DNA from: an uncultured Staphylococcaceae bacterium
Lineage (GTDB): Bacteria > Bacillota_I > Bacilli_A > RFN20 > CAG-826
Direction: 5' to 3'
Length of the DNA: 64,000 nucleotides
Assembly: GCA_964497235.1 (NCBI GenBank)
Contig: CAZCCJ010000001.1
Span: 67,910 to 131,909 of the forward strand
Positions 1 through 8,781 of this stretch are shown in pieces. Every line of letters starts with the position of its first letter. Within the stretch, counting starts at the first letter, position 1. The position numbers were made by a program, and so were the translations under genes. The notes beneath the pieces were generated by a model. It ran no database searches. It saw only the letters and a list, made by a program, of their open reading frames with translations, and was not told the origin of the DNA.

Positions 1-472
1 AGCAGAATTTGTCGCAGCCGTCTTGGATTTTCAAATACGCTCTGACGGGAGCGACGGAATAATTCGACATGAGTTCTTCGAAAGGTCCTTCTGTTCTTCT
101 TTTGGAGACGAGGCAAAGCGGTTTTCCTTCTTTTTCGAAACGCGTGATGGCGTCTAGAATCGCCCCTCTGCCTTCCGTTCCAAGAACTATATCAGCTCCC
201 ATTTTGAGGGCCTCTTCCCCTATTTCCTTGGTATAGCATCCCATGGCGATCAAGATGGCATTCGGCGCCAAACGCCTGAACTTCCTTATGTGCTGTCGTG
301 ATTTTTGACCGGCTATCGCGGTGACGGCGCAGGTATTGATCACGATGACGTCGCTTTCGGAGACGTCGAAGGTTTCGCTGTAGCCGTTTTCCTCTAAAGC
401 GGCCATTATATGCGCAGTTTCATAGGCGTTTACCTTGCAACCGAGCGAAAACCCGTAGCACTTTTTGCTCAT
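1..472 (-). CDS. mtaB: Radical-SAM methylthiotransferase, MtaB-like (N-terminal part; gene continues past the window start)
   Basis: Not in the ORF track because it is open at the window edge. My translation from the ATG at 472 reads MSKKCYGFSLGCKVNAYE...VINTCAVT...LIAMGCY...AYLKIQDGCDKFC. That gives the MTTase N-domain Cys pattern and the start of the CxxxCxxC radical-SAM motif. Its position after rsmE matches Bacillus yqeU-yqeV synteny. It shares an ATGA overlap with the upstream ORF. Confidence 0.8.
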   Translation of the reverse strand, partial: MSKKCYGFSLGCKVNAYETAHIMAALEENGYSETFDVSESDVIVINTCAVTAIAGQKSRQHIRKFRRLAPNAILIAMGCYTKEIGEEALKMGADIVLGTEGRGAILDAITRFEKEGKPLCLVSKRRTEGPFEELMSNYSVAPVRAYLKIQDGCDKFC

Positions 473-1224
473 TTCGTCTTTCTTTCCGATGACATGATTT
501 CCTGGATGAGGAAATTCGACACGAGTTTTTCTTCGACCAAAGTCTTTAACAGCGCATCTCTGCTGTAGGAAAAATAGGCGTTTGCGACTTTTTTGAGCCT
601 CGAAGTGAGGTGCGTCTTGGTGACGTTTTCGAGTTTTTTGTCGAATAGCGCTATCTCGGCGTCGAGCCTCCCTTCGTCGTTTATGAAGTAAATGCGGTCA
701 CAATCGAAATCATAGCACGCCATTTCCTTCTCTTTTTTCATAAGCGGCACAAGCGAGGTGAAATAGGAATCGAAGAGAGAGGATCCGTAGAAGTCGAACG
801 GATCGACCAAAATGGCCTGATAATCCTTCAATAGCCTTTTATACGGCTCCGTTTCGAGTTTTAGGAAGTCTTTCGAATACAATAACGATAGGCTCTGCGG
901 CAGAATCGGCACGTAATTGGCTTCACCGTTGACTTTGAGATACGGCAGATCGCTAAGGATTCCTTCGATGAATTCCTGATCTGGCAAGCCATCGGCGTTT
1001 TTGATGTGGTTTTTCACCTCTTTTTCGATGACCTCTTTGTTTTCCAAGCTTCTGGAGACGATGTTGGCTCTGATCACTTCGAATGGGGTCGCCGCTTTCG
1101 AGAGGTGCCGATAGATGTCTATTGAGGCCAAGCGCAGGCTGTGTTTCGAAAAATAAACCGCCTCACTTGATTTGGCGTAGTCATTGGGCCTTTGCTCTTT
1201 GCTTAATTTCTCGAAGATGGTCAT
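469..1224 (-). CDS. Hypothetical protein, 251 aa, no recognisable motif
   Basis: Intact ORF joined to rsmE (upstream) and mtaB (downstream) by ATGA start/stop overlaps. No signal peptide or catalytic motif is recognisable. Confidence 0.6.
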   Translation of the reverse strand: MTIFEKLSKEQRPNDYAKSSEAVYFSKHSLRLASIDIYRHLSKAATPFEVIRANIVSRSLENKEVIEKEVKNHIKNADGLPDQEFIEGILSDLPYLKVNGEANYVPILPQSLSLLYSKDFLKLETEPYKRLLKDYQAILVDPFDFYGSSLFDSYFTSLVPLMKKEKEMACYDFDCDRIYFINDEGRLDAEIALFDKKLENVTKTHLTSRLKKVANAYFSYSRDALLKTLVEEKLVSNFLIQEIMSSERKTK

Positions 1225-1943
1225 TTCCCTGCCTCGATGATTAATGAGAAGACGCTAGCGAAATAGATGCTCGCCGTCTCAGCGCGCAATATCCTTTTAC
1301 CTAAACTGATTGGGAGAAAGCCGGCTTCTTTTGCCTTTTCCACTTCTTTTCCCTCGAATCCGCCTTCCGGCCCGATCAGGCAGATCGTTTTCTCGCCGCC
1401 TTTTATCTTGGATAATTCGCTTAACAACGACGAATCGTCTTTGGATAGCTCCTCATAGGCGATATAGCGGTGATCGGCTTCGGTTTTTAAAACATCATCG
1501 TATATGAGAATCGGCGATACTTCGGGGATGAAAAGCCTTTTCGATTGCGAGGCGGCGCCTTCGACGATCTTTTCGTATCTCTCGAGTTTCTTTTTCTTCC
1601 CCTTTTCGTCTAGCTTTATTATCGATCTCTTGGAAACGAAAGGGATGAATCTCCTAACCCCAAGTTCCGTCCCCTTTTGCAACACCAGTTCATCGTGCCC
1701 GTTTTTCAAAAGGGAAAAGGCGAGGCATAAATCGGAAGGGAGCTCGCTATGACATTCGATCTTTTCGTCTATCTTTATCTTAAGAGGGTCAGTTGCCTGA
1801 ATGGAACATAAAAAAAGGTCGCCATCATCGGCCACTTCTATCTTTTCTCCGACTTTCATTCGCAAGACGTTCAAAAGATGATGCGCGTCTGGAGCGCTTA
1901 AAAACGCTTCCGCCCCTTGCCTATGGCCGAAAAAGCGGTTCAT
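1221..1943 (-). CDS. rsmE: 16S rRNA (uracil1498-N3)-methyltransferase RsmE
   Basis: 240 aa. An N-terminal PUA-like region (HHLLNVLRMKVGEKIEV) is followed by a C-terminal SPOUT knot (IGPEGGF...ISLGKRILRAETA). The position is syntenic with Bacillus yqeU. Confidence 0.9.
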   Translation of the reverse strand: MNRFFGHRQGAEAFLSAPDAHHLLNVLRMKVGEKIEVADDGDLFLCSIQATDPLKIKIDEKIECHSELPSDLCLAFSLLKNGHDELVLQKGTELGVRRFIPFVSKRSIIKLDEKGKKKKLERYEKIVEGAASQSKRLFIPEVSPILIYDDVLKTEADHRYIAYEELSKDDSSLLSELSKIKGGEKTICLIGPEGGFEGKEVEKAKEAGFLPISLGKRILRAETASIYFASVFSLIIEAGK

Positions 1944-2386
1944 CAGCGCAAAAACTCCCCATGCGCGTCTTTCAAGGAATCCTTGACGAAGTATTTGATG
2001 GAGAATGCGGCGTAGAAAAGGAAGACGATCGCGAAGGCGATTAGATATGATAGCGCAGGCGAGATCGGCAATTTTATCGCGAAGGCGAATATCGATCCGA
2101 TGGCGGAAATCAAGATGATCGTCGCGATTAGCTCGATTAGCCCTCTTTTTTTGAAGCCCAAATAAAAGCTATGGGCGCCGAAAGAGCCTAGAAAGAGACA
2201 TAAAAGCGCGCAAACGCGGCGCGATTTGCTTTTCATAAGCTTATAATCGCCGGTAACGGGATTTATGAATTGGGTCATGTCCTTCGTTTCATACCCTTCG
2301 TCGATTGGATTTTCCTCGCCGCAATATGGGCAAAGGTCTTTGTCGAAGGAAGAAATGGAATGGTGACAGCGTTTGCAGATCGGCAT
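1943..2386 (-). CDS. Zinc-ribbon plus TM2-domain membrane protein
   Basis: An N-terminal CxxC...CxxC (CKRCHH...CPYCGE) is followed by the TM2 signature (LGSFGAHSFYLGF) and two or three hydrophobic helices. Confidence 0.7.
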   Translation of the reverse strand: MPICKRCHHSISSFDKDLCPYCGEENPIDEGYETKDMTQFINPVTGDYKLMKSKSRRVCALLCLFLGSFGAHSFYLGFKKRGLIELIATIILISAIGSIFAFAIKLPISPALSYLIAFAIVFLFYAAFSIKYFVKDSLKDAHGEFLR

Positions 2387-2463
2387 AATTGCTCTCCGTG
2401 CTTATTAGATTAGCACAATATTTTTTCTTCTTTTATCTTTTTTAGATAAAATCGTTATGGCCG

Positions 2464-3597
2464 TTATTTCTTGAATGCGCCTTTCCACCACTTGTTCTTT
2501 TTCGCGTCTTCCTCTTTTTGGAATTGCGTCAAAAGCTCTTTTTGCGTGGAGGAAAGGTTGGTCGGGGTTTGGACCTTTATATGCAGATATTGGTCGCCCG
2601 GCTTTTCGGTTCGAAGGTCTTTGATGCCTTTTCCCTTTAGTTTTAGTACTTGCTCTGGCTGGGTGCCGGCCGGAATGTCGACGCTTACCTCGCCATAAAC
2701 GGTTTGGACGTCGATTTTGACGCCTAAGGCGCAGGAAACGAAGCTTAGTGGCAAATCCAAATGTATGTCGTTGCCGTCGCGTCTGAAGTTTTTGTCCGCT
2801 TTAATGCGGATTTCTACGTACAAATCGCCGTTTTCTCCGCCCATAGACCCACGTTCGCCTTTGCCTCTGACGCGAATTTGCTGCCCGGCGTTGATGCCGG
2901 CTGGCACATTGACGTCAAGGTCCTTATGGACGCGATGATAGCCGCTGCCACTACAAGCGGAGCAGGCTTTTTTGATTATCTTGCCGGTGCCATGGCAATA
3001 TTCGCAAGCCTCTTCCGACTGCATGACGCCGAAAATCGTCCTTTGTTGCTTCAAAACGGTTCCGCGCCCACCGCAATGTGAGCAGGTTTGGATGTCGCTT
3101 TGGCTTTCGGCGCCGGTGCCATGGCAATGTTCGCATGGTTCGTCATATGTCAAAGGCACGCTTATGTGGCAGCCGTTGATGGCGTCCATGAAGGAAATGG
3201 TCGCTTGGTAGAGCGTGTCGCTTCCTTTTGAAGGGCCGCTCGAAGAGCTCCTCCTTCTTCCTCCGCCGAAGAAAGAGTTGAAAATGTCGCCCAAATCGAC
3301 GTCGCCGAAGCCTTGGCTTGAGAAACCTCCGCCGAATGGGCCTCCGGCTCCGCCGCCCATGCCTGCCCCCTGTTCGAAGGCGGCATGACCGAATTGGTCG
3401 TACCTTTTTCTCTTCTCATCGTCGTAAAGAACGTCATAAGCCTCTTGGATTTCCTCGAATTTCTTCGGGGCGTCAGGGCTCTTGTTGATGTCTGGGTGAT
3501 ATTGCTTGGCCAATTTGCGGTATGCGCTTTTGATCTCGTCTTTTGATGCACTTTTATTGACGCCAAGCACATCGTAGTAATCGCGTTTTTCAGCCAT
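2464..3597 (-). CDS. dnaJ: Molecular chaperone DnaJ
   Basis: Contains a J-domain (DYYDVLGV...YHPD), a G/F-rich linker and four CxxCxGxG zinc-finger repeats. I moved the start to the ATG at 3597 (MAEKRDYY), which has an AGGAG 8 nt upstream. The ORF-track start at 3606 is a GTG. Confidence 0.95.
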   Translation of the reverse strand: MAEKRDYYDVLGVNKSASKDEIKSAYRKLAKQYHPDINKSPDAPKKFEEIQEAYDVLYDDEKRKRYDQFGHAAFEQGAGMGGGAGGPFGGGFSSQGFGDVDLGDIFNSFFGGGRRRSSSSGPSKGSDTLYQATISFMDAINGCHISVPLTYDEPCEHCHGTGAESQSDIQTCSHCGGRGTVLKQQRTIFGVMQSEEACEYCHGTGKIIKKACSACSGSGYHRVHKDLDVNVPAGINAGQQIRVRGKGERGSMGGENGDLYVEIRIKADKNFRRDGNDIHLDLPLSFVSCALGVKIDVQTVYGEVSVDIPAGTQPEQVLKLKGKGIKDLRTEKPGDQYLHIKVQTPTNLSSTQKELLTQFQKEEDAKKNKWWKGAFKK

Positions 3598-3624
3598 GTT
3601 ATTCACTCCTTTCTAAAGCACGAA

Positions 3625-3650
3625 TAGACGCCCGGTTTCCCAGGCGTCTA
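3625..3650 (-). terminator. Intercistronic stem-loop between dnaK and dnaJ (possible partial terminator or processing site)
   Basis: TAGACGCC-N10-GGCGTCTA forms an 8-bp stem in the 67-nt dnaK-dnaJ spacer. The T-rich tail that follows is weak (TTCGTGCTTT). Confidence 0.4.
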
Positions 3651-3667
3651 CGCGGCTATCTTGATTA

Positions 3668-5500
3668 TTAGGCTTTTTTGTCGGTGAAATCGGCATCGAC
3701 GACGTCATCGGCGTTTTCGTTGCCGCTTGCGCTTCCGGTGTTTCCGGCATTCGCCGCGCCGGCGGCTTGCTGTTGATATGCGGCAGCTTGGCTTGCGGCG
3801 TCTTCGAGACGTCCGACGATCTCACGTAGTTTGTTGATGTCGTCGCTTTGGATGGCGCCTTGGGCTTCGTCGCGAAGCTTCGTGAGCTGATCCTTTTGCT
3901 CTGCCGACATCGATTCGCCTTTTTCGACGAGGGTGCGGTTTATCTCGTCGACGTAGGTTTGGGCCTTGTTTTTGACTTCGATGTCGCCCTTCCTCTTTTC
4001 ATCGGCCTCTTTATTGGCCTCTGCGTCCTTGATCATGCGGTCGATGTCCTCTTTCGAAAGTCCGTTCGATCCGCTGATGGTGATGTCTTGCGATTTTTGG
4101 GTATCGAGGTCTTTGGCCGTGACTTTGACGATGCCGTTGACGTCGATTGAGAAGGTGACTTCGATTCTCGGTTGCCCTTTCATCGCCGGTTTGATGCCGG
4201 AGAGCTGGAAGTGGCCGAGAAGCTTGTTGTCGTGGGCCATTTGCCTTTCGCCTTGGTAAACCATGATGTCGACGGCCGGCTGATTGTCTTGTGCCGTGGA
4301 GAAGACTTGGCTCTTGGTGGTAGGAATCGTGGTGTTTCTCGGAATGAGAGGAGTCATGATTCCGCCTAAGGTTTCAATGCCCAAGGTAAGAGGAGTGACG
4401 TCGAGCAATACGACGTCTTTGACGTCTCCGGCGATGACGCCGCCTTGGATGGCGGCGCCGATTGAAACGGCTTCGTCTGGGTTGACAGAGAGGTTGATTT
4501 CGTGGCCGGTGACCTTCTTGACCATCTCTTGGACGGCCGGCATACGGATGGAGCCGCCGATCATAAGGATGTCGCCGAGTTCGTTATAGCTGAGCTTAGC
4601 GTCGGACATGGCTTTTTCCATCGGGATTTTGCAACGTTCGAGAAGATTTCTCGTCAAATCCTGGAATTTGGCGCGGGTGATCTTGCCTTCCCAGTTGATA
4701 GGTCCGTTCGCGCTCATGCCGATGAATGGGAGGGAGATGGTGGTCTCTAAGCTGCTCGACAATTCGATTTTGGCTTTTTCGGCCGCATCGAGGAAACGCT
4801 GCTTGGCCATTTTGTCGGTCAAATCGGCGCCGGTTTCCTGAAGGATTTGGGCGTGGATCCAATCCGCCAAGGCGTTGTCCCAATCGTCGCCTCCTAGGTG
4901 CGTGTCGCCGTTGGTCGAGAGGACTTGGAAGGTTCCATCGCCGATATCGAGGATGGAAACATCGAGTGTGCCGCCACCTAAGTCGAAGACGAGGACTTTC
5001 TCGCTCTTATTGTTCTCTAAGCCGTATGCAAGGCAGCTCGCCGTCGGTTCGTTGATGATGCGGACGACTTCGAGTCCGGCGATCGTGCCGGCGTCTTTGG
5101 TGGCTTGACGTTGCGCGTCGTTGAAATAAGCAGGGACGGTGATGACCGCTTTCGAGACCGGTTGCCCTAAGCTCTTTTCGGCATAGGACTTCATATAGGA
5201 TAAAACCTTTGAAGAGATCTCTTGCGGCGTGTAGTCCTTGTTAAGGCAATTGATGTGGAATTTTTCCGATGTGCCGATATAACGTTTGGCGCTGCGAACG
5301 GTGTCCGGATTCGTGATCATTTGGCGTTTCGCCGCGTTGCCGACGATTTCCTCGCCACTCCCCTTGAAAGCGACCACGCTTGGGGTGGTGTTAGTGCCTT
5401 CTGGGTTCGGGATGACCTTCACCTTGCCGTCCGCTTGAAGATAGCTGATGACGCTGTTGGTGGTACCTAAGTCGATACCTACGATGATTTCTTTTGCCAT
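3668..5500 (-). CDS. dnaK: Molecular chaperone DnaK (Hsp70)
   Basis: Shows Hsp70 signatures ([20 protein letters not shown]). The start is set at [12 protein letters not shown] (ATG 5500), with an AAGGAGG upstream. Confidence 0.97.
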   Translation of the reverse strand: MAKEIIVGIDLGTTNSVISYLQADGKVKVIPNPEGTNTTPSVVAFKGSGEEIVGNAAKRQMITNPDTVRSAKRYIGTSEKFHINCLNKDYTPQEISSKVLSYMKSYAEKSLGQPVSKAVITVPAYFNDAQRQATKDAGTIAGLEVVRIINEPTASCLAYGLENNKSEKVLVFDLGGGTLDVSILDIGDGTFQVLSTNGDTHLGGDDWDNALADWIHAQILQETGADLTDKMAKQRFLDAAEKAKIELSSSLETTISLPFIGMSANGPINWEGKITRAKFQDLTRNLLERCKIPMEKAMSDAKLSYNELGDILMIGGSIRMPAVQEMVKKVTGHEINLSVNPDEAVSIGAAIQGGVIAGDVKDVVLLDVTPLTLGIETLGGIMTPLIPRNTTIPTTKSQVFSTAQDNQPAVDIMVYQGERQMAHDNKLLGHFQLSGIKPAMKGQPRIEVTFSIDVNGIVKVTAKDLDTQKSQDITISGSNGLSKEDIDRMIKDAEANKEADEKRKGDIEVKNKAQTYVDEINRTLVEKGESMSAEQKDQLTKLRDEAQGAIQSDDINKLREIVGRLEDAASQAAAYQQQAAGAANAGNTGSASGNENADDVVDADFTDKKA

Positions 5501-5513
5501 TGTTTTTTCCTCC

Positions 5514-6143
5514 TTAGGCCTTATTCGCGGCCTCATTTTCGATGGTAGAATCTTTGTTTTCTTCTTTCGTCTCCTCTTTTTTCTTCGGATAGACCGCTAC
5601 TTTGACCGGCGAGACGATGCGGTCGTGTAGTTTATATCCCTTCGCGTATATTTTCGCGACGAGTCCTTCCTTTCCTTCGGCATACGGCGCCATGTCGATG
5701 GCGTGCATATAGGAAGGATCGAATTTGTCCCCTTCTTTTGGGGCTAATTCCGTGACGCCTTCCGCTTCTAGGCTCGCCAATATCTGGTTATAGATGAATT
5801 GGAAGCCTTGACGGTAATTCTTCGCCTCTTCGCTATTCGGCGTGGCGGAGAGAGCCATGTGGAAGCTGTCTAGGGCTGGGAGAAGCGATTCGAGGAATCC
5901 TTCGGCGCGGTAACGCAAGGCTTCGCGGTGATCGCTTTCAAGCGATTTCCTGAGGTTTTGCGTATCGGCGAAGGCCATATAGTATTTGTTTTTCCAGTCT
6001 TCGCATTCTTCTTTCGCCTTTTTTAGCTCTTCCTCGAGCTTCTCTTCGTTCGAAGGCTCTTTCTTTTCTTCCTTTATTTCTTTGTTGTCTTCTTGTTCGC
6101 TTGCGGTTTTGTCGTTTTCCCGCTTTTTGTTTTTTTCGAACAT
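5514..6143 (-). CDS. grpE: Nucleotide exchange factor GrpE
   Basis: 209 aa, with an acidic and Lys-rich N-terminus and a GrpE core ([17 protein letters not shown]...[12 protein letters not shown]). An AGGAG lies upstream of the ATG at 6143. Confidence 0.93.
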   Translation of the reverse strand: MFEKNKKRENDKTASEQEDNKEIKEEKKEPSNEEKLEEELKKAKEECEDWKNKYYMAFADTQNLRKSLESDHREALRYRAEGFLESLLPALDSFHMALSATPNSEEAKNYRQGFQFIYNQILASLEAEGVTELAPKEGDKFDPSYMHAIDMAPYAEGKEGLVAKIYAKGYKLHDRIVSPVKVAVYPKKKEETKEENKDSTIENEAANKA

Positions 6144-7174
6144 TCTTTTTCTCCTTTCGTCGCCGTTTCGAAGTAACGATCGAGCTCTTGGGCGAAGTAT
6201 TGAAGGGTGCTTACGACGCGGTCGTAGTCCATTCTGCTTGGTCCTAGGACCGTCAAAGCGCCTTCATGCTCGCCTGGGAGGCTGATTTTTGCGCTCACCA
6301 TCGCCAAGTCGTCTAGTCCTTTTGAATCGGAACCTATTTGGACGATGATGTCGTTTTCTCCATTTTTGGCGGCTTTTTCAAGCTCTTTTTTGAGTTTGTC
6401 TGGATCGTCGAGGAAGCGAAGCAATTCCCGTAGCTTCATCGCGTCGTTCGCGAATTCAGGTTGAGAATACAGCTCATCTTTCCCGAATAATTCGAGATGC
6501 TTTGAAGCAAAGCTCGTGAAGGCTCCTAGGATCGCGTCGAAGACGATGCGCTGCCCGACTAGATAATCCGTCAATGCCGGCCTCATCGCCTCCATCATCG
6601 GGACGACGGAGACGATTGGGGTACCCGATAGCCTCTCGTTAAGCAATTTGACCGTTTTGGCGACGTCATCGACGCTAACGGCCTCTTGGATGATGAAGGT
6701 TTTGCTTTCGACATGCCCCTTATCGGTCACGAATATGGCGGTCGCCGTATTGCTTCCGATCGGGATGATTTGAATCGAGACTAGCCTTTCTTCGCTGGCC
6801 TTTTGCCCGATGACGCAGGAAGCCAAATTTGTCATTTGGCTCAAGATCTGGCAGCTTTCCTTCATAACCTCTTCGACGGATTTGGCTTTTTCGCTTAGAA
6901 TCGTCTGCAAGGCGTTTTTGGCTTTTTCGTCCACGCTGCCGCTGCGGAGGTTCTCAACGTAATATTGATATCCTTTTTCCGAGGGGATGCGCCCGCTTGA
7001 TGTGTGCGTCTTCTCGAGATAGCCGTCTTTTTCCAAGGCGTTCATCTCGTTTCTGATGGTGGCGCTGCTGACATCGAGTTTATAGGCTTCTTGCAGGGTT
7101 TTGCTGCCGACGGGTTCCGCCGTTTTGATGAAATGCTCGACGATAAGCTTCAATATTTCGTCGCGTCTGGTCAT
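6074..7174 (-). CDS. hrcA: Heat-inducible transcription repressor HrcA
   Basis: N-terminal wHTH (ILKLIVEHFIKTAEPVGSKTL) at the head of the hrcA-grpE-dnaK-dnaJ operon, with CIRCE operators upstream. Its Lys-rich C-terminal tail overlaps the grpE start by 70 nt. Confidence 0.92.
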   Translation of the reverse strand: MTRRDEILKLIVEHFIKTAEPVGSKTLQEAYKLDVSSATIRNEMNALEKDGYLEKTHTSSGRIPSEKGYQYYVENLRSGSVDEKAKNALQTILSEKAKSVEEVMKESCQILSQMTNLASCVIGQKASEERLVSIQIIPIGSNTATAIFVTDKGHVESKTFIIQEAVSVDDVAKTVKLLNERLSGTPIVSVVPMMEAMRPALTDYLVGQRIVFDAILGAFTSFASKHLELFGKDELYSQPEFANDAMKLRELLRFLDDPDKLKKELEKAAKNGENDIIVQIGSDSKGLDDLAMVSAKISLPGEHEGALTVLGPSRMDYDRVVSTLQYFAQELDRYFETATKGEKECSKKTKSGKTTKPQANKKTTKK

Positions 7175-7188
7175 TGTTCACGTCCTTT

Positions 7189-7215
7189 CTGGCAGTCGTT
7201 CTTCCTGACTGCTAG
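7189..7215 (-). promoter_or_regulatory. Second, degenerate CIRCE-like inverted repeat in the hrcA leader
   Basis: CTGGCAGTC-N9-GACTGCTAG. It has the same 9-N9-9 geometry as CIRCE and lies just downstream of the -10 box, near the predicted transcription start. Confidence 0.5.
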
Positions 7216-7219
7216 GACT

Positions 7220-7247
7220 ATTATATGCAGGCTTTTAGCACTGTCAA
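7220..7247 (-). promoter_or_regulatory. Sigma-A type promoter of the hrcA-grpE-dnaK-dnaJ operon
   Basis: On the minus strand: TTGACA (7247-7242), a 16-nt spacer, then TATAAT (7225-7220). Both hexamers match the consensus perfectly. Confidence 0.7.
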
Positions 7248-7261
7248 CCTTCTAGTGCTAG
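7235..7261 (-). promoter_or_regulatory. CIRCE operator (HrcA binding site)
   Basis: TTAGCACTG-N9-TAGTGCTAG compared with the consensus TTAGCACTC-N9-GAGTGCTAA. It overlaps the -35 hexamer. Confidence 0.8.
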
Positions 7262-7268
7262 TTTTTTC

Positions 7269-8357
7269 TCAAAATAATTTTAAGAGGACGCTGTCGAGGA
7301 TTTCGATTCCTGTGTCGGTGCAAAAGAAGCGACCGCGCTCGTGTTTCATGAGCCGGTTTCTTTCGAGTTCTTCGAATTCTTCTTTGTACTTCGAAAGGAA
7401 AGCGAAGCCGAAGCGCTTTTCGAAAACGTCTTCCGAGAAACCGTCGTCCAAGCGAAGATTGGTCAGAAAATAGTCCTCCAATTCGCTTTCGCTTGATAAT
7501 TTATCCTCTTTTTCCCTGTGTTTGCCGCTTAAGTACTTAGTTAAGTTACGCGTATTGTCAAAGCGGATGCCGTCGACGTATCCGGACGCTCCAAGCCCCG
7601 CGGCGTAATATTCTTCGTCCCTCCAGTAAACCAGATTATGTTCGGAATATTCGCCGTTTTTGGCGAAATTGCTCACTTCGTAGCGGCGATATCCAGCATC
7701 TCTTAGTGCTTTTAATATCGTTTCGTATTGCTCGCCGGCGCTTTCTTCGTCCATTTCCGAATATCCGGCGTTATGGAAGGCGGTTCCGGGGTTAACGGAC
7801 AGGCAATAAGTCGATATATGGTTCACGCCTAGCCCTATGAAGGCGGATAGGTCTTTCTCGACTTCCTCTTTCGTCTCATTGGGCAAACCATAGATCATAT
7901 CGACGGAAACCCTGGCGAATCCGGCGTTTTTTATCAATGAAACGGCCTTTTTGGCTTTCTCGAATGTGTGGTTTCTTCCCATCAAGGCGAGTAGTCTCGG
8001 AGAGGAGGATTCAACACCCAGCGAAATGCGGTTCACCCCGCATCTTTCTAGTATTCTCAGTTTCTCCTCGTCTATGTCTTCGGGATTGGTTTCGATCGTG
8101 AATTCGTACCTCTCATCCAAAAACGGTTTTAAAAAACCTAACAGTTCTTCGAGCGCCCCATTTGGAAGGATTGAGGGCGTGCCTCCGCCTAGGTATATCG
8201 TCTCTAACGGTTCTTTTATCCCTATCGAAGCGATTTCCCTTTCGATTTCCTTGACATAAGAAAAAGCCCACCGCTCTTCGTAAAGGACTTTGGCGAAGTC
8301 GCAATAGGCGCAGATACGGTGGCAAAAAGGTATATGGACGTAAAGGGATTTAGCCAC
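7269..8357 (-). CDS. hemW: Radical-SAM heme chaperone HemW (HemN-like, oxygen-independent coproporphyrinogen oxidase family)
   Basis: Contains the CHRICAYCDF radical-SAM motif and GGGTPS, and follows lepA as in Bacillus. It uses a GTG start with a 1-nt overlap on the upstream stop codon. Confidence 0.9.
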   Translation of the reverse strand: MAKSLYVHIPFCHRICAYCDFAKVLYEERWAFSYVKEIEREIASIGIKEPLETIYLGGGTPSILPNGALEELLGFLKPFLDERYEFTIETNPEDIDEEKLRILERCGVNRISLGVESSSPRLLALMGRNHTFEKAKKAVSLIKNAGFARVSVDMIYGLPNETKEEVEKDLSAFIGLGVNHISTYCLSVNPGTAFHNAGYSEMDEESAGEQYETILKALRDAGYRRYEVSNFAKNGEYSEHNLVYWRDEEYYAAGLGASGYVDGIRFDNTRNLTKYLSGKHREKEDKLSSESELEDYFLTNLRLDDGFSEDVFEKRFGFAFLSKYKEEFEELERNRLMKHERGRFFCTDTGIEILDSVLLKLF

Positions 8358-8776
8358 TATTTCCCTTCTTTTTCGCTTTCTTCGATGGCGGTTTCCGCCT
8401 CTTCTGGGTGGTTCTTGGCATATTCGTCCATCGCTTCGAGCGCTTTGGCGTCTTCGACTGGCTCCACCGTTCTATTCATCTCGTCTTGGAGGATCTCTTC
8501 TTCCGACGGTTTGATTTCCTTCGATTTTTTCTTGATTTCCTTCGATGCCTCTTCCATTTCTTTCTTGGCTTCGTCATCCTCTTCGATGTCGACTAGGATC
8601 CTATTGACTTCCTCTTCGGCGATCTCGCGGTCGCTTTTCGGCTTTTCGTCGCTCTTGAAGTGCTTGCTGTATTTCTTGACCAAAATGACGGCGATGACGA
8701 TGATGCCGAATATCGCAAGCAGCATCACGATGATGAACCATGGCTGACTGGTGATTGAAGAAAGCGTGTTAAGCAT
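8357..8776 (-). CDS. Single-pass membrane protein with a long acidic, Lys/Glu-rich tail
   Basis: 139 aa. One N-terminal TM helix (PWFIIVMLLAIFGIIVIAVILV) is followed by charged low-complexity sequence. An AAGGAG lies 9 nt upstream of the start. Confidence 0.6.
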   Translation of the reverse strand: MLNTLSSITSQPWFIIVMLLAIFGIIVIAVILVKKYSKHFKSDEKPKSDREIAEEEVNRILVDIEEDDEAKKEMEEASKEIKKKSKEIKPSEEEILQDEMNRTVEPVEDAKALEAMDEYAKNHPEEAETAIEESEKEGK

Positions 8777-8781
8777 TGTTT

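Noticed and set aside
469-472. Possible Mycoplasma-type genetic code (TGA = Trp).
   Set aside because: TGA terminates several well-delimited genes exactly at ATGA/TGATG junctions (469-472, 1221-1224, 41709-41712, 27324-27328). The conserved proteins are full length under the standard code.
2398-2416. An inverted repeat, GTGCT-N9-AGCAC, between dnaJ and the TM2 gene. It contains CIRCE-like half-site words (GTGCTTA / TTAGCAC).
   Set aside because: The half-sites are in the opposite order to a CIRCE (TTAGCACTC-N9-GAGTGCTAA). Only 5 bp pair, and no U-tract follows. This is probably a coincidence or a weak hairpin.
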